The position numbers and the translations under genes are program-made. From Histomonas meleagridis 2922-C6/04-290x (lineage: Eukaryota; Protista; Parabasalia), in NCBI GenBank assembly GCA_020184695.1, contig JAANOX010000277.1, forward strand, positions 62,001-126,000: a stretch of DNA of 64,000 bases. Reading direction: 5' to 3'. The notes beneath the pieces are model-generated. The model made no database searches. It saw only the letters and a program-made list of their open reading frames with translations, and was not told the origin of the DNA. Below, piece by piece: positions 30,954-42,070 of this stretch (position 1 is its first letter; each line of letters begins with the position of its first letter).

Positions 30954-33679
30954 AGCACCGTGTGCTTGACAGAAACAACCACCCTCTATCAAAATTGAAA
31001 TAAAACATATAATTTGAATATTATCAAAAACCTCAAAACTATGACTGATATTTTCGATTATTTTTTTAGAAATGGAAATTAACCCAATATCTAGCATCAA
31101 GGCATCAAATATTAACACTGAAATCAAAATGCGTGGTGTTATTGTTAGGATTAGCAACGTAACGAAGAATAAATTCAGATTACAAGAATATGATTCCAAT
31201 TCAAATGATTTTCCGAAATGCATCCTCTGTTCGTATGACAAACTAGTTGATATAGAAATTAACATAGAAGACTATGTTGAAGTTGATGGAATTGTTAAAT
31301 TCAATCAACAATTAAAGGAAATTTATGTTGAGGTAAAGAGTGTGAAAATTATTATTAAAAAAGAAGCAGATATTCACCTTATTTCAAAAATAAATTCGTT
31401 TTCTAACCCAAATAATTTACAAATTTTAATTGATGATACAATGTCGGGTATTGTTGAAATATTATCTAAAAAAGCTTGTGAAGAAGGTTTTAAGTTAGTT
31501 CGAAAAAGATCAATTAAAGAAGAACGATTAACATTATTTTGCAATCAGCATACAAATTATGGAAAAAATGATAATTTAAATAGTGGATGCGAGTTTAAAA
31601 TAAGAATCGGCTCATATATTATCGATAATAAAAGAAAATACCATGTTACAAGTTTCAATTTACATCACAATCATTATCTTAATCCATTTATATATATGTT
31701 CATTTAGCATTATATGATAAAATCCAAATCAATATGCAATATGCTAGATATTGGGATTAAACCAAATAAAGTTATACAATTTATATCTATTCAATATGGG
31801 GTTACATTGTCTCGAGAACAAATTAATAGTATTTATTCTAAGAATAAAAAATTAAAATGTCATAATAAATATTTAGAAACTCAGGAATTAATTGATTATT
31901 TGGATTCAATTGAAGGACAAACATTTGTTCTTCAGAATGTAGTTGATGAAAATATTATTCATAGAGAAGCAGTTGCAACTTTCACTAAATATGAACTTCA
32001 AAACTTAAATTTATATTCTAATTTTCTTGCAATTGATCCAACATTTGCCAGTTTGACAACAAATTGGTCTATTATTTATCTAACAGTCATTGGACCTGAG
32101 AGAGAAATTAGAAGTGCAGGTATAATTTTCACATATTCGTTAAAGGCCTAAATTTTTTATTAGATATTAAAATTAATATGCACTGAACTTCCAAGTGCAG
32201 GAATTTTACAAACAATTTGTTCTGATGATGATGTTGGTTCTGATGGAGCATTTACTTTAATACAAAATAGAGATGATAATGAGTTAAAAAAAAAGATCAA
32301 TAAAATACAACGTGTTATTTGTTTTTGGCATAAAATGTCCAACTTTATTCAATATATAAACTTACAAAATCTCCCTGATGACCAAAAGTCTCATTTAATA
32401 AATAAATTTCGATATATGTAAATGGCAAAAGACAAATCCATTGCACTATCAATTTTTGAAGAATTAAAATCAATTTCTCAAATTTCTAAATATTCAGAAG
32501 ATAATGTATCAAAAAAGTTGAATTCAATATGCAAAAATCTCATTAATAGTTTTACTTGCGGCTATAATACTAGTTCAATTGCAGAGTCATCAAATCGTCA
32601 ACTAAAAAACATATTACCAGATAGAAAATTAAGTTTATAAGAAGTTCGTTTATTCATCTGAAAGTCATCAACAATCATATAATTAAAGGAAGTATATTAA
32701 ATAAGTAAAACCACATAAATTAAAAGAACCAAATGTAATTACATATATGGCAAAAATAAATGTTTCTGAAGCAATTGCAGAAGCGATCGCAGGATAATGG
32801 AAAAAGGCCAAAACATTAAAAGGAATGCTTCTTTGTGATGATTATAATATATTTAATGAAGAATACACATTAAAAAATGGAGAAAAATATTCTGAGATAT
32901 TTAAGGTCCATGATTTAATATGTAATTGCAATAAACAATTACAAGTTGGTATCCCATGTTCACATATAATTAATGTTCTAGAAATGAATAATTTAAGCGT
33001 AATAGATGATATCAAAATAGCGAACAGATGGGTACTAAATCAGCAAAACTTTATTTATCATCATGAAAATTCAAAATCTTTTGAAGAAATTACTTATAGA
33101 ATCACACACTTAAGTCCTAGAGAAAGATTTGTTATACTTTGGGCAAAGGGAACACCATTATATGAATTGGCAAGTAGAAGTCAGGATAAATTCAAAAAGG
33201 CTATGGCTTTTTTAGATTCTTCAGAAAAAGAACTAAATAATGAATCAATAGAACAGATTGCTACTGATGAAATAGGAATTAGAGCCGGAATAGGTAGAAT
33301 TTATAGAAATACGAAAAAAGTTAATCCGCGTCAATGTCTCATCTGTTCAAAGCCGCATAATACAAAAAGATGCCCCAGAAGAGGTGAAGTACTTAAATTT
33401 GTTCAAGAAGGTGACTCAATCTTTGGATTAAAGCATTGTTCAATATGTAATCAAACTGGGCATAATTATATAAAATGCAAAGCTAAAGAAGCATGGTTAG
33501 AAGCTATTCGAAAGGGTGAACTCCCTCCAATTGAAAAAATTTGTTTTGCTTAATTTTATTTGTATTGTTTTTATTTTATATGATAATTTTGTTATTTTGT
33601 TAGCTTTACATAAATACGTTTATATCAGTACTGATACTTTTTCAAAGAGGGTGCTATTTGTTTATGAGCACCGTGTGCT
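30954..33679 (+). mobile_element. Mutator-like (MULE) transposon with decayed transposase and imperfect TIRs of about 41 bp
   Basis: Seen: FAR1/WRKY-like C..C..HNH segment, FLAIDPTF, TICSDDD, RVICFWHK, SWIM CNC..GIPCSHI and two CCHC knuckles, with many in-frame stops. TIR halves at 30954-30994 and 33639-33679 share AGCAC..GTGCT and CACCCTCT at identical spacing. No TSD seen. Confidence 0.85.
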
Positions 33680-34062
33680 CTGGAAATGTACCCATATTAA
33701 AATAAACTCACAGATAATATAAAATTATAAAAAAGTTAACAGTAGTAACCAAAAATATTGGGAAATCTGTTTATTTGTTAATTTTAGAGAAAAATTTGTT
33801 TTTATAGAATGTGGTAAATTTTATTTATAATGTTGGTTTTTACAACGACGTTTTTCGATTTTAATCAGAATTCATGCAAAAATGCTCCTGACTTTTGAAA
33901 TTGAGTTTTTGTAATGGAATCGGCATCATTTATATGAAATATTTTATGTTGCTTCTCCATCCCAAAGCAACATTTTGTATGATTTTGATCATGCGCAAGT
34001 TAATTATTAAGAACGAAATAATTATAAAAGACGACATATTCCAAAGTTTTTATTAATAAAAA

Positions 34063-37000
34063 TTATTTCTGATAAAGTCCCAACGTTTCCACAAACAAAT
34101 CCCTATATTGCGTTGGACCGAACGATATTCCATTTTTCAATTTCTTATCATCGAATTCTAATTCTGTTCGATATCCATGTTGAGCTCTTATTTCTATAGC
34201 GTTATTTCTGTTTTCCAAAATTTTCACATTCACAGCAGACATTGGCGCTCTTATGAATATTTTTACTTTATTTTTTATCACAAGTGTCTTTTGTTCGAAC
34301 AAAACGCAAATGTTTTCACCGGTGATAAACTTCGCATCGAAATTTGCCTTTTGCGATCTAAACAAAGAAGAAGCCAAACGAATAATTTCCGGATTTTTAT
34401 TTGTTATCAAAACAGGTTCAGTCACGAATTCATTTGAGAAACAATTTTCATTTAAAACATTCGAAAAAACTTCAACTTTAATAATGGAACGTAACATAAC
34501 ATTTGTATCTAATAAATTTGGAATATAAATTTCGTTGTTAGAAATTGTTTTCCATTCGTTATTTATAAATCGTTGCCAAGTTATATATTTATTAATAATT
34601 TTCGGACCATTATAATTAAAATTAATTTTAAGTTGTTCTCCTTGAGTAAATATTTTATTATTTTTATTGTTTTCGATTACAGCATTATTAAGATTTGGCA
34701 TTATAATACTTTTAGTTTCTTTAGGAGTAATTTGAGGAAATTGTTCATCAACAATTTCATCATTTTCATCTAAAGCAATTACATGACAAAACAAAACGAA
34801 ATCTAAATCATCATCAGTTATCATATGAATGTTTGTAGTGTCTTCGATATATTGTCTTTCATTATCGACAATGTAACCCCAATTATATTCGATGTTACCA
34901 ATTCCTTCGAATTTAACATTACAAATGAAATTAGTTAAATCATTCGAAGGAACAATTTTAGTGTTTATTATATGAATTATTTTTTCTTTCTCTTTTGTAG
35001 GTATTAATATATAATCTGATGATGATTCTTTGCCTCGATGTTTATTCTCAGTATTAAATGGTATATAAGTTACTCCAATTAAATATCCTTCAAATGTTTC
35101 ATCAACTTCAACATATTTTTGAGTTGTTCGTGCAACTTCTATTTCTTCTTCTTCATTTGGCTTCTTAATTTTCCATATAATAATAGATTTGCCTTCAATG
35201 CCACCACTAAATTCTCCGGTAACATCGATTCGATATTTATCACTATTTGGGATTTCTTTAATGTGTAATTTTACATTTCTTATTGTCGGAGGTCCACTTT
35301 TTATTGGTGGAAGTTTACATTCAGTGATAACATTACTTCGAAGTCGATCTATGATTTGGACATTAAATATTTTTCCGATATCATTAACATTTGGTATATA
35401 TTCATATCCTTCGTTAAATGTCTTGTTTTTATGTTTCCATACGATTTTATTTCTTTTGTTTATCGTCGTGGAAACTTCAATAATTGATAAATTTGTTGTT
35501 ATATTTTTTAATTTGGATTTTTCAATGACTTTAATTGGTATATCTTCAATTGCTTCTTTCGGTGGAGTAAGTTTGAGCTTAATTTTGTCCTCGTTTTGTA
35601 TCATTGTGGGCTCAATCATGAAGTTTTCTGATGAAATCGATTTCCCGATTTTACCATCAATAGAAATAGGTGTAACAATTGCTTTAAACATACAGCCTCG
35701 ATCTGTGATATTAATACGAATAGATTTACCAAACCCTATGACTGTTTCCTTTTGGTAATTGTCGATTTTGTTCCATTGGATAATGGATCTCCCTTCAATT
35801 CCTCCATTGTATTGATATGAGACTGTCAAAAAACAACTAACTTGATCAAATGTTATTGATACTTTGGAAGCTATGGGTGTAGATGCAATAACTTCACCAA
35901 CAATTACAAAAAAATCATTACTAAATAATGTGATAATTCCAGATATATATTCGGGCTTTGCATAAAAAACTTTAGATGTCCCAGCAACATGTAATCCATT
36001 GGAATTAACAACAACCCAATCATAAGGTTCGGAGATGATAATGGATTCATTTTCTTTGATTTGAAATAATTTGTTGGATGGCTTTTTTTCAACAAAAGAC
36101 ATTTGAAGTTTCCCACTTTTGGTTTTCTTGTGAAACTTTAAAAAGCGTTCTTGAAGTGGATTTCCATCTTGAATGGTATTTGATGAAGTAACTTCAATTT
36201 GTTTTCCAATCGAACCATCTTCTCTGATTGGAGTTAACACACAACTAATGGTTTTACCTATATCATCATTTGTTGGTACTATATAACGTTGGTGTAAGGA
36301 TTTCCCAATCGACCATTTATAAATTGAATTTCCTTCGTTTCCGCCTTTGTAATTAGCAACAACAAATAATGGCATTCCTACTTGGAATGAACCATAAATT
36401 TTGGCATCACTAAAGCTTGGTAATGATGGTTGTACTCGTTCATTTGATGTAAGCATTAATGGAGTATTATTATCTTCAGTAATACATACTGCACGAATTA
36501 CACAGCCAATATCTTGAATGGTTAATTTGTATGTAAGCTTTTCATTGTTAGTGCCATTGCTTTCAATAAAGTTTACATTTTCCCATTCCCCATGTCTTGC
36601 AGATCGAAGAATTTTAATCCCTTTAAATGCATTTTTGGTTCCTTTGGTTGTTATATCAAACTCTACTTCATCGCCTTCAATAAGTTGTCCTTGAAGTCGA
36701 AGTGATTTAAATCGAAATTCACCAGATTTAATTGGAGGAGTCTTAAGTATGGTTGGTGATATAGAATTATCATAATTAATAGTACAGCAAATGCGTTTCC
36801 CTACATATTTGTCAATAATAGGAAATATTAAAGTATCATTATTTGGTATATCTTCTTCATAATCAGTAACAGACCAATTTATAGTGGAAGCTAAAGATGT
36901 TGAAACAGAAAGAACACAGCCTTCCATAGGTTCTCCTGTTAATTCTGCATATGGATGATAACATTTATCAAATTCTGGAAGATAATAAACTTTAGTTCTG

Positions 37001-37680
37001 TCAACTTCACATTTGATTGGAAAGTTCATAGAATTTGTAATTTTGTTTTTGGAAGATTGTTCAAGTAATTTCCATTTAAAATTTGAATCTAATGTATACC
37101 ATAAATATCGACTGCCTTTGATTTTTATTTTCACACTTTCATCATCTGTTTCAAATGGAAGTTCGTCTGGTTGATTTAAAAATGTTAAAGTTTGCTTTAA
37201 TTGTTGTTCTGGGTCATCATTTAAAATAGGATCCATACCTTGTCTGAGTGCATATGTAACTAAAGCCGAATATTTAAATGATTCTGCATAATCATCAGAA
37301 GAAATTGATTCTCCATTAATATATGAAATCCCCAAATTTCTAAAAGCAACAAGAATTTCTTTTTTGGTAAAGTTATATTCTCCTCCACGTAAATCTATTA
37401 GTTTTAAGTTTGGAAAACTATTTAATCCATCAAACGATGATATTTGATTTTTTGGAAGTTTTAAATAACGAAGATAATTATTTGATTTAATTCCTGAAAA
37501 CGACGTGACTCCTTCACTTTCGATTGAATATTCTGCCTTTTGTGTTGCAATTTGAGACTTTCTTTTCGTCATTAGTTTCGCTTCCAGAAAATTTAAACGG
37601 CCGAAAATAAACGAATTATTATTCAATGAATAAAATTGCTTCTTCCTTAATATTTTGGAAAATTTCATATTTTCCCCCAT
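34063..37680 (-). CDS. AIR9-like protein: N-terminal LRRs plus A9 (Ig-like) repeats
   Basis: Seen: LRRs followed by repeated Y/F-x-GG-x-EG-x-S-x-x-x-W motifs. The start may be the ATG at 37572. Confidence 0.85.
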   Translation of the reverse strand: MGENMKFSKILRKKQFYSLNNNSFIFGRLNFLEAKLMTKRKSQIATQKAEYSIESEGVTSFSGIKSNNYLRYLKLPKNQISSFDGLNSFPNLKLIDLRGGEYNFTKKEILVAFRNLGISYINGESISSDDYAESFKYSALVTYALRQGMDPILNDDPEQQLKQTLTFLNQPDELPFETDDESVKIKIKGSRYLWYTLDSNFKWKLLEQSSKNKITNSMNFPIKCEVDRTKVYYLPEFDKCYHPYAELTGEPMEGCVLSVSTSLASTINWSVTDYEEDIPNNDTLIFPIIDKYVGKRICCTINYDNSISPTILKTPPIKSGEFRFKSLRLQGQLIEGDEVEFDITTKGTKNAFKGIKILRSARHGEWENVNFIESNGTNNEKLTYKLTIQDIGCVIRAVCITEDNNTPLMLTSNERVQPSLPSFSDAKIYGSFQVGMPLFVVANYKGGNEGNSIYKWSIGKSLHQRYIVPTNDDIGKTISCVLTPIREDGSIGKQIEVTSSNTIQDGNPLQERFLKFHKKTKSGKLQMSFVEKKPSNKLFQIKENESIIISEPYDWVVVNSNGLHVAGTSKVFYAKPEYISGIITLFSNDFFVIVGEVIASTPIASKVSITFDQVSCFLTVSYQYNGGIEGRSIIQWNKIDNYQKETVIGFGKSIRINITDRGCMFKAIVTPISIDGKIGKSISSENFMIEPTMIQNEDKIKLKLTPPKEAIEDIPIKVIEKSKLKNITTNLSIIEVSTTINKRNKIVWKHKNKTFNEGYEYIPNVNDIGKIFNVQIIDRLRSNVITECKLPPIKSGPPTIRNVKLHIKEIPNSDKYRIDVTGEFSGGIEGKSIIIWKIKKPNEEEEIEVARTTQKYVEVDETFEGYLIGVTYIPFNTENKHRGKESSSDYILIPTKEKEKIIHIINTKIVPSNDLTNFICNVKFEGIGNIEYNWGYIVDNERQYIEDTTNIHMITDDDLDFVLFCHVIALDENDEIVDEQFPQITPKETKSIIMPNLNNAVIENNKNNKIFTQGEQLKINFNYNGPKIINKYITWQRFINNEWKTISNNEIYIPNLLDTNVMLRSIIKVEVFSNVLNENCFSNEFVTEPVLITNKNPEIIRLASSLFRSQKANFDAKFITGENICVLFEQKTLVIKNKVKIFIRAPMSAVNVKILENRNNAIEIRAQHGYRTELEFDDKKLKNGISFGPTQYRDLFVETLGLYQK

Positions 37681-37942
37681 TCTTTAAAAATTTGGTGAAT
37701 ATATTTATGACTAACTATACAACAAAAGGTTACAATTAGATTATATTATAACCTGATTATCTCTCTCTAATAACACATCGAAACACAAAGTGCATCTATT
37801 TAACTTCAAAATGTGTTCTTTTGCATGTTAATATTACTTTGAAACAAAAAAAAAATTGATAATCCGATGTTTATCAAATTCTTTAATTTAGTAGGTAAAA
37901 CAAAGTTTCTCATTGTTTTTACAAAAGAGTTATATATCTATT

Positions 37943-39583
37943 TCATTCCTCTCGTTGTTTTAGTTCTTCGTAACACTTATTGCAAACCTTTCGTCTTCTA
38001 TTCTCCTTAGAAAACCACAGATTTATTTTATATTTAGAGCAATTCCCACATATGCACTTACCGCAATTTCTGCAGTGATTTCTCCTTTTTATTATTGTGA
38101 ACACTGCACCACATAACATACAATTCGGCGCAAGTTCATCCGGTACCCACACAGGTGAGAACCCATCAGTTTTTGTTTTTTCTTCTTTAAATCCTTTGCA
38201 CATTGCTTTTGATTTATCATACGCCATTAAACATTTGTCTTTTTCTTCAGCATCTTGGAAAAGAATTTTGAAACTATTTTCTATTGTTATTATATCAATT
38301 GCATTTATTATAGGTTCTTCATCTTTAACATCTTTTAGCAAATAAAAACCAAATTCATAAAACTGATTTTTTCTTCCATTTACAATATTAAGTCCATCAC
38401 TTAATATTTCGATTGTATTATATTGACGTGACTTATTATAGTATATTTGGACTTTAGATGTATAAAGTAATTTTCTATCAACTTCGCAATTGTTGACATT
38501 TTCGATATTAATTTCGTTATTTTTTATATTCTTTTTAATATTTTCATTGATTTCTTCATCATCGCTAAGAATTGGTTTCCCATACATCTTCATATGTTCT
38601 TTGGTTAATAAATCACATTTATTTGTTTGGATACGTCGAACCATAGTTATATAATAATTAACTGAATTGTTTTGGATATATATTTTGTTAAAGAGTTTAC
38701 ATTTTATATTTTCGGGATCATGATTTGCATATTTTTCAGCTTTAACTATTTTCGAAAATATAAACATTTTACCACTATCTTGATCTTCATAACGTTTGTC
38801 TTGAATATAAATTATTTTCCCTGGAATCAAATAATTTTCAGGTAATCGAAAGTCTTTAGGAAGTTTAAAATCGGTGCCATTGATTTTATGAAATAAAAAC
38901 TTACCAAAGATAATAGTGTAATTTGCTATGCGTACTGTATATGTTAAACCTTTGGATGCAATGATATCATCTACATTTAAAATAGTCAATATAAAGTCTC
39001 CATGTTTGTATACAATTTCATTAAGTGGACTAATTACACATGGCGGCGTTCCAAAGGTAAATGCTTTTACATGTTGATAAAGCTTTTCATCGGGAAAACG
39101 AAGAGTTATTGCTGAAAGGGCAGCAATAGCTCCACCGACGCCATGTCCAATAAAAATAAGTTCTTCGCAATTGGTAACTTTATTGCCAAGTAACCCTCGA
39201 ATTTGTCCTACAATTGTTGTGGATGCCTTATCAAAACCTGAATGCACAAAGCAATTAAAAATATTGCTTTTCTCACATGAAGCATCATTCATCGCCATTA
39301 TTACATCATTTTTAAAACCAGATAAACTCCATTCTAATCCTTGTATCCAAATAAAAATTGATTTTAATGTTCCATCACTTGATTTATATATAATGTACCT
39401 ATATTTTTGCGTTTTCTCATCATATTCTTTAGATACTTTAAAATGAAGAACTTTGTTATCCATTGTTTTAAATTCAAAATTTTTTACTTTGTTTTTGTCT
39501 GTACAACTAGATATTTTTTCATAAAAGCGCATGAGCTCAAAAGTATTTAATGTTTTTGATATGTTTGGGATCTCTTTCCTCAT
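37943..39583 (-). CDS. Class-3-lipase-like domain (nucleophile Ser replaced by Gly) plus C-terminal FYVE finger
   Basis: Seen: VHSGF, FIGHGVGGAIA, TFGTPP; WVPD..CMLC..F....RRNHCRNCGKCICGNCS..KVCNKCY. The start is uncertain (the ORF extends to 39748). Confidence 0.85.
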   Translation of the reverse strand: MRKEIPNISKTLNTFELMRFYEKISSCTDKNKVKNFEFKTMDNKVLHFKVSKEYDEKTQKYRYIIYKSSDGTLKSIFIWIQGLEWSLSGFKNDVIMAMNDASCEKSNIFNCFVHSGFDKASTTIVGQIRGLLGNKVTNCEELIFIGHGVGGAIAALSAITLRFPDEKLYQHVKAFTFGTPPCVISPLNEIVYKHGDFILTILNVDDIIASKGLTYTVRIANYTIIFGKFLFHKINGTDFKLPKDFRLPENYLIPGKIIYIQDKRYEDQDSGKMFIFSKIVKAEKYANHDPENIKCKLFNKIYIQNNSVNYYITMVRRIQTNKCDLLTKEHMKMYGKPILSDDEEINENIKKNIKNNEINIENVNNCEVDRKLLYTSKVQIYYNKSRQYNTIEILSDGLNIVNGRKNQFYEFGFYLLKDVKDEEPIINAIDIITIENSFKILFQDAEEKDKCLMAYDKSKAMCKGFKEEKTKTDGFSPVWVPDELAPNCMLCGAVFTIIKRRNHCRNCGKCICGNCSKYKINLWFSKENRRRKVCNKCYEELKQREE

Positions 39584-39910
39584 GCAGTATGAAATATGGC
39601 ATTTTTTTAGGTTAACCCTCTGAAAGTTAAAAATAATGCATTGAAAAATTGTGTGATTGATATTGAATTTTTGTGTAAAATATATATATTGAAGGCAATT
39701 TTGGAATAAGTAGGTAAATGGTACTACGAACCGCATCCCCCAAAACACCCATATATTGGAAATTCAATTAAGTGATGATTTGGAAAATATATTTTAAATA
39801 ACATAATGTTTTGCCCATTAAAAATTATATTAACAAAAACAAAATTATATTTAAAAAAAAAACTCTATAATATTTAATAAAACTTAATTATTTCCGATTT
39901 TTGTATCACA

Positions 39911-41089
39911 TTAAATTCCGAAATAGTAATAAAACGCTCTTGCTCCATCTTCATAACTTTCCGAATCCAAAATCCTTGTATTTGCCATGTAGTTCCAATC
40001 CACTGTATCATAAATCATCGAGAATATGCTCATTTGCGATGAAGTAAATCTAAATACATAATCAACATCCAATGATAAATAATACGCATTTGTCATAGCT
40101 CTTGTAGCAGCTATTGTAGAGAAACTTGATCGAAATGTACCAATCAATTTATCGCACATCATTAAACATGCTATATCACGTAAGGCATCAACACGTTTTC
40201 CATTTTGTACTTTTTTCGCAGTTGAAACAAATAAACGATCTGAATATTTTTCTTGGAAATAATTTATGTAATCGTTATTATTCGATGCGAAGAATATATA
40301 GGGCTTTTCTTCAATGATATAATGATCTAAAAATGGTACTAAGACACGTTTTAGAAATTCGATGTTATTGATGAAACATCGATTTTTGCCAAATTTTCGA
40401 ACATGAATTCCTAAAACTTTTGAACTTTTAGGTATCGCTTTGAATTGCTTTTGAGCATACTCAATGATGGACTCATTAAAATATGCAAAATAATTGGATA
40501 AAAAATATACAAAATGAAGACCAAAATGTGTACGAACATATTCATTAATGCCATAGTCCGTGAGAAGAAAATATGGATATGTTGACGTGACTTTAATTGG
40601 AATTTTTAATTCTAATAATTTTTGATAACTAATATTTACCCAATGTTCCAATGTAAAAAGGTTTTTAGATTTGCGCTTATAATTTTTCGGTATTGGTTGA
40701 ACTTTAAAATATTTAGAAAATAATAATCCGTCATTAGTAAAATTAACTCGGCTAAATATGGAACGATTAAGAGCAAGAGCCATGACAGCCCCACTGGCTT
40801 GATGATAAAAAGCATTTCCCATACCATATTGCATAAAAACATCAACAATTTTATTATCCACAAATTGAATATCTTTTACTTCTTTTTCCCAGTTGATGAC
40901 TGTATTATATGCATGAATTAATAGTGAGCAACTAATTTCGCTTTTTGGTGATTTACATTTATGATATCCCCTTTTCCATGTTGGTAAATGGAAAAACTTT
41001 TCTGCTTGAAATATTAATGTATTACATTCTTTATAAAAAAGGCTTGGTTCTGGAACATGAAAGGAAGATAAGAAAGAAAAGAAAACCAT
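39911..41089 (-). CDS. Fucosyltransferase-like GT-B glycosyltransferase, type II membrane
   Basis: Seen: N-terminal hydrophobic anchor, YGMGN, LGIHVR, FFASNN, ALRDIACLMMCDKLIGTFRSSFS. Confidence 0.75.
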   Translation of the reverse strand: MVFFSFLSSFHVPEPSLFYKECNTLIFQAEKFFHLPTWKRGYHKCKSPKSEISCSLLIHAYNTVINWEKEVKDIQFVDNKIVDVFMQYGMGNAFYHQASGAVMALALNRSIFSRVNFTNDGLLFSKYFKVQPIPKNYKRKSKNLFTLEHWVNISYQKLLELKIPIKVTSTYPYFLLTDYGINEYVRTHFGLHFVYFLSNYFAYFNESIIEYAQKQFKAIPKSSKVLGIHVRKFGKNRCFINNIEFLKRVLVPFLDHYIIEEKPYIFFASNNNDYINYFQEKYSDRLFVSTAKKVQNGKRVDALRDIACLMMCDKLIGTFRSSFSTIAATRAMTNAYYLSLDVDYVFRFTSSQMSIFSMIYDTVDWNYMANTRILDSESYEDGARAFYYYFGI

Positions 41090-41664
41090 AATTTTAATCA
41101 AAAGAAAACAAAGCAACAAAAGTGAAGTGATTAACGTCTTCGAATCTTCGTGTTGAGATATTAAATGAAATGAATATAAGCAAAAATCATAATATTAAGT
41201 TAATAAAGTCTTATATTTTAAATTATTACTCATGAAACATATCATGTTAAGGAAGTAAAATAGCATCTTGAAAATGATTCATTTTGAGAAATCAAAAATT
41301 TTAAGTAATTCTTTTTTCGAGCTAATTCTTAAGAACTTTGCAAAATATCGTCTTTGTATCAAACCATATTATATCTGTTAAGACATATAGTTTAAAATTA
41401 TCTTTTACATTTTTTTTAGAATCACTTATAATTTCATCTTTTTTCAGGCCAGATGTGAACATAATTTATATAAATTTAAATCTAAATGGAAATAGGGATT
41501 TCACTTGAAGTTACTCTAAATTTGAAACTTGCTCCCTTCTTTGGGGCAGGTCAAAAATTGTAGATACGATAGGAACTTTGATAAAAAATTATTTTACAAC
41601 CAAACAATTTTGTTATTAAAAAAATGCCTCATTGAAGAAGCAAAAATTGCCATCATTTATTTTC

Positions 41665-41919
41665 ATGTCTCTTCTCAACAAGAAAGTTTACGTTAATGGA
41701 AAAGTTGTTCTTTATCGAGACAGTGCAGGAAGTGGTCCAGGAAAGACTGTTGGTCCTGGCGTTTTTACTGTTAATCATATTAACAATGGAAGCGTAGCTC
41801 CAGTTCACATTTGTAATGAAAATGGTGATCTTGGTTGGATTAAAGTTAAGTCTACCTCTTTGACTATGACTTCAAATCCACCTTTACCTGTCCTTCAACC
41901 AGTTGAAGCATGCATCTGA
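41665..41919 (+). CDS. Small protein with a bacterial-type SH3-like module
   Basis: Seen: Inr-like TCATTT before the ATG; VNGKVVLYRDSAGSGPGKTV...PVHI..GDLGWI. The similarity to Firmicutes/phage cell-wall modules is from memory. Confidence 0.5.
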   Translation: MSLLNKKVYVNGKVVLYRDSAGSGPGKTVGPGVFTVNHINNGSVAPVHICNENGDLGWIKVKSTSLTMTSNPPLPVLQPVEACI

Positions 41920-42070
41920 ATCACAAACATAAAATAAGTAAATTCTTCCAGACTAATTATAAATTTTGTTAGACACAAAAATAAATGATATTAATAAAGG
42001 TATCATGTTAAATTTCGTATTATTTGAGTCAGTATTTTTTGTCAGTTTTTGGAAAAAATGACATTTCAGC

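Noticed and set aside
31072-33553. Stop-codon reassignment suggested by in-frame TAA/TAG in the MULE, Rho-like, RPS6 and copy 1 sequences
   Set aside because: Long conserved ORFs (USP 7 kb, eIF5B, eS1, eS8) have no internal stops and end in TAA, so these are pseudogene lesions.
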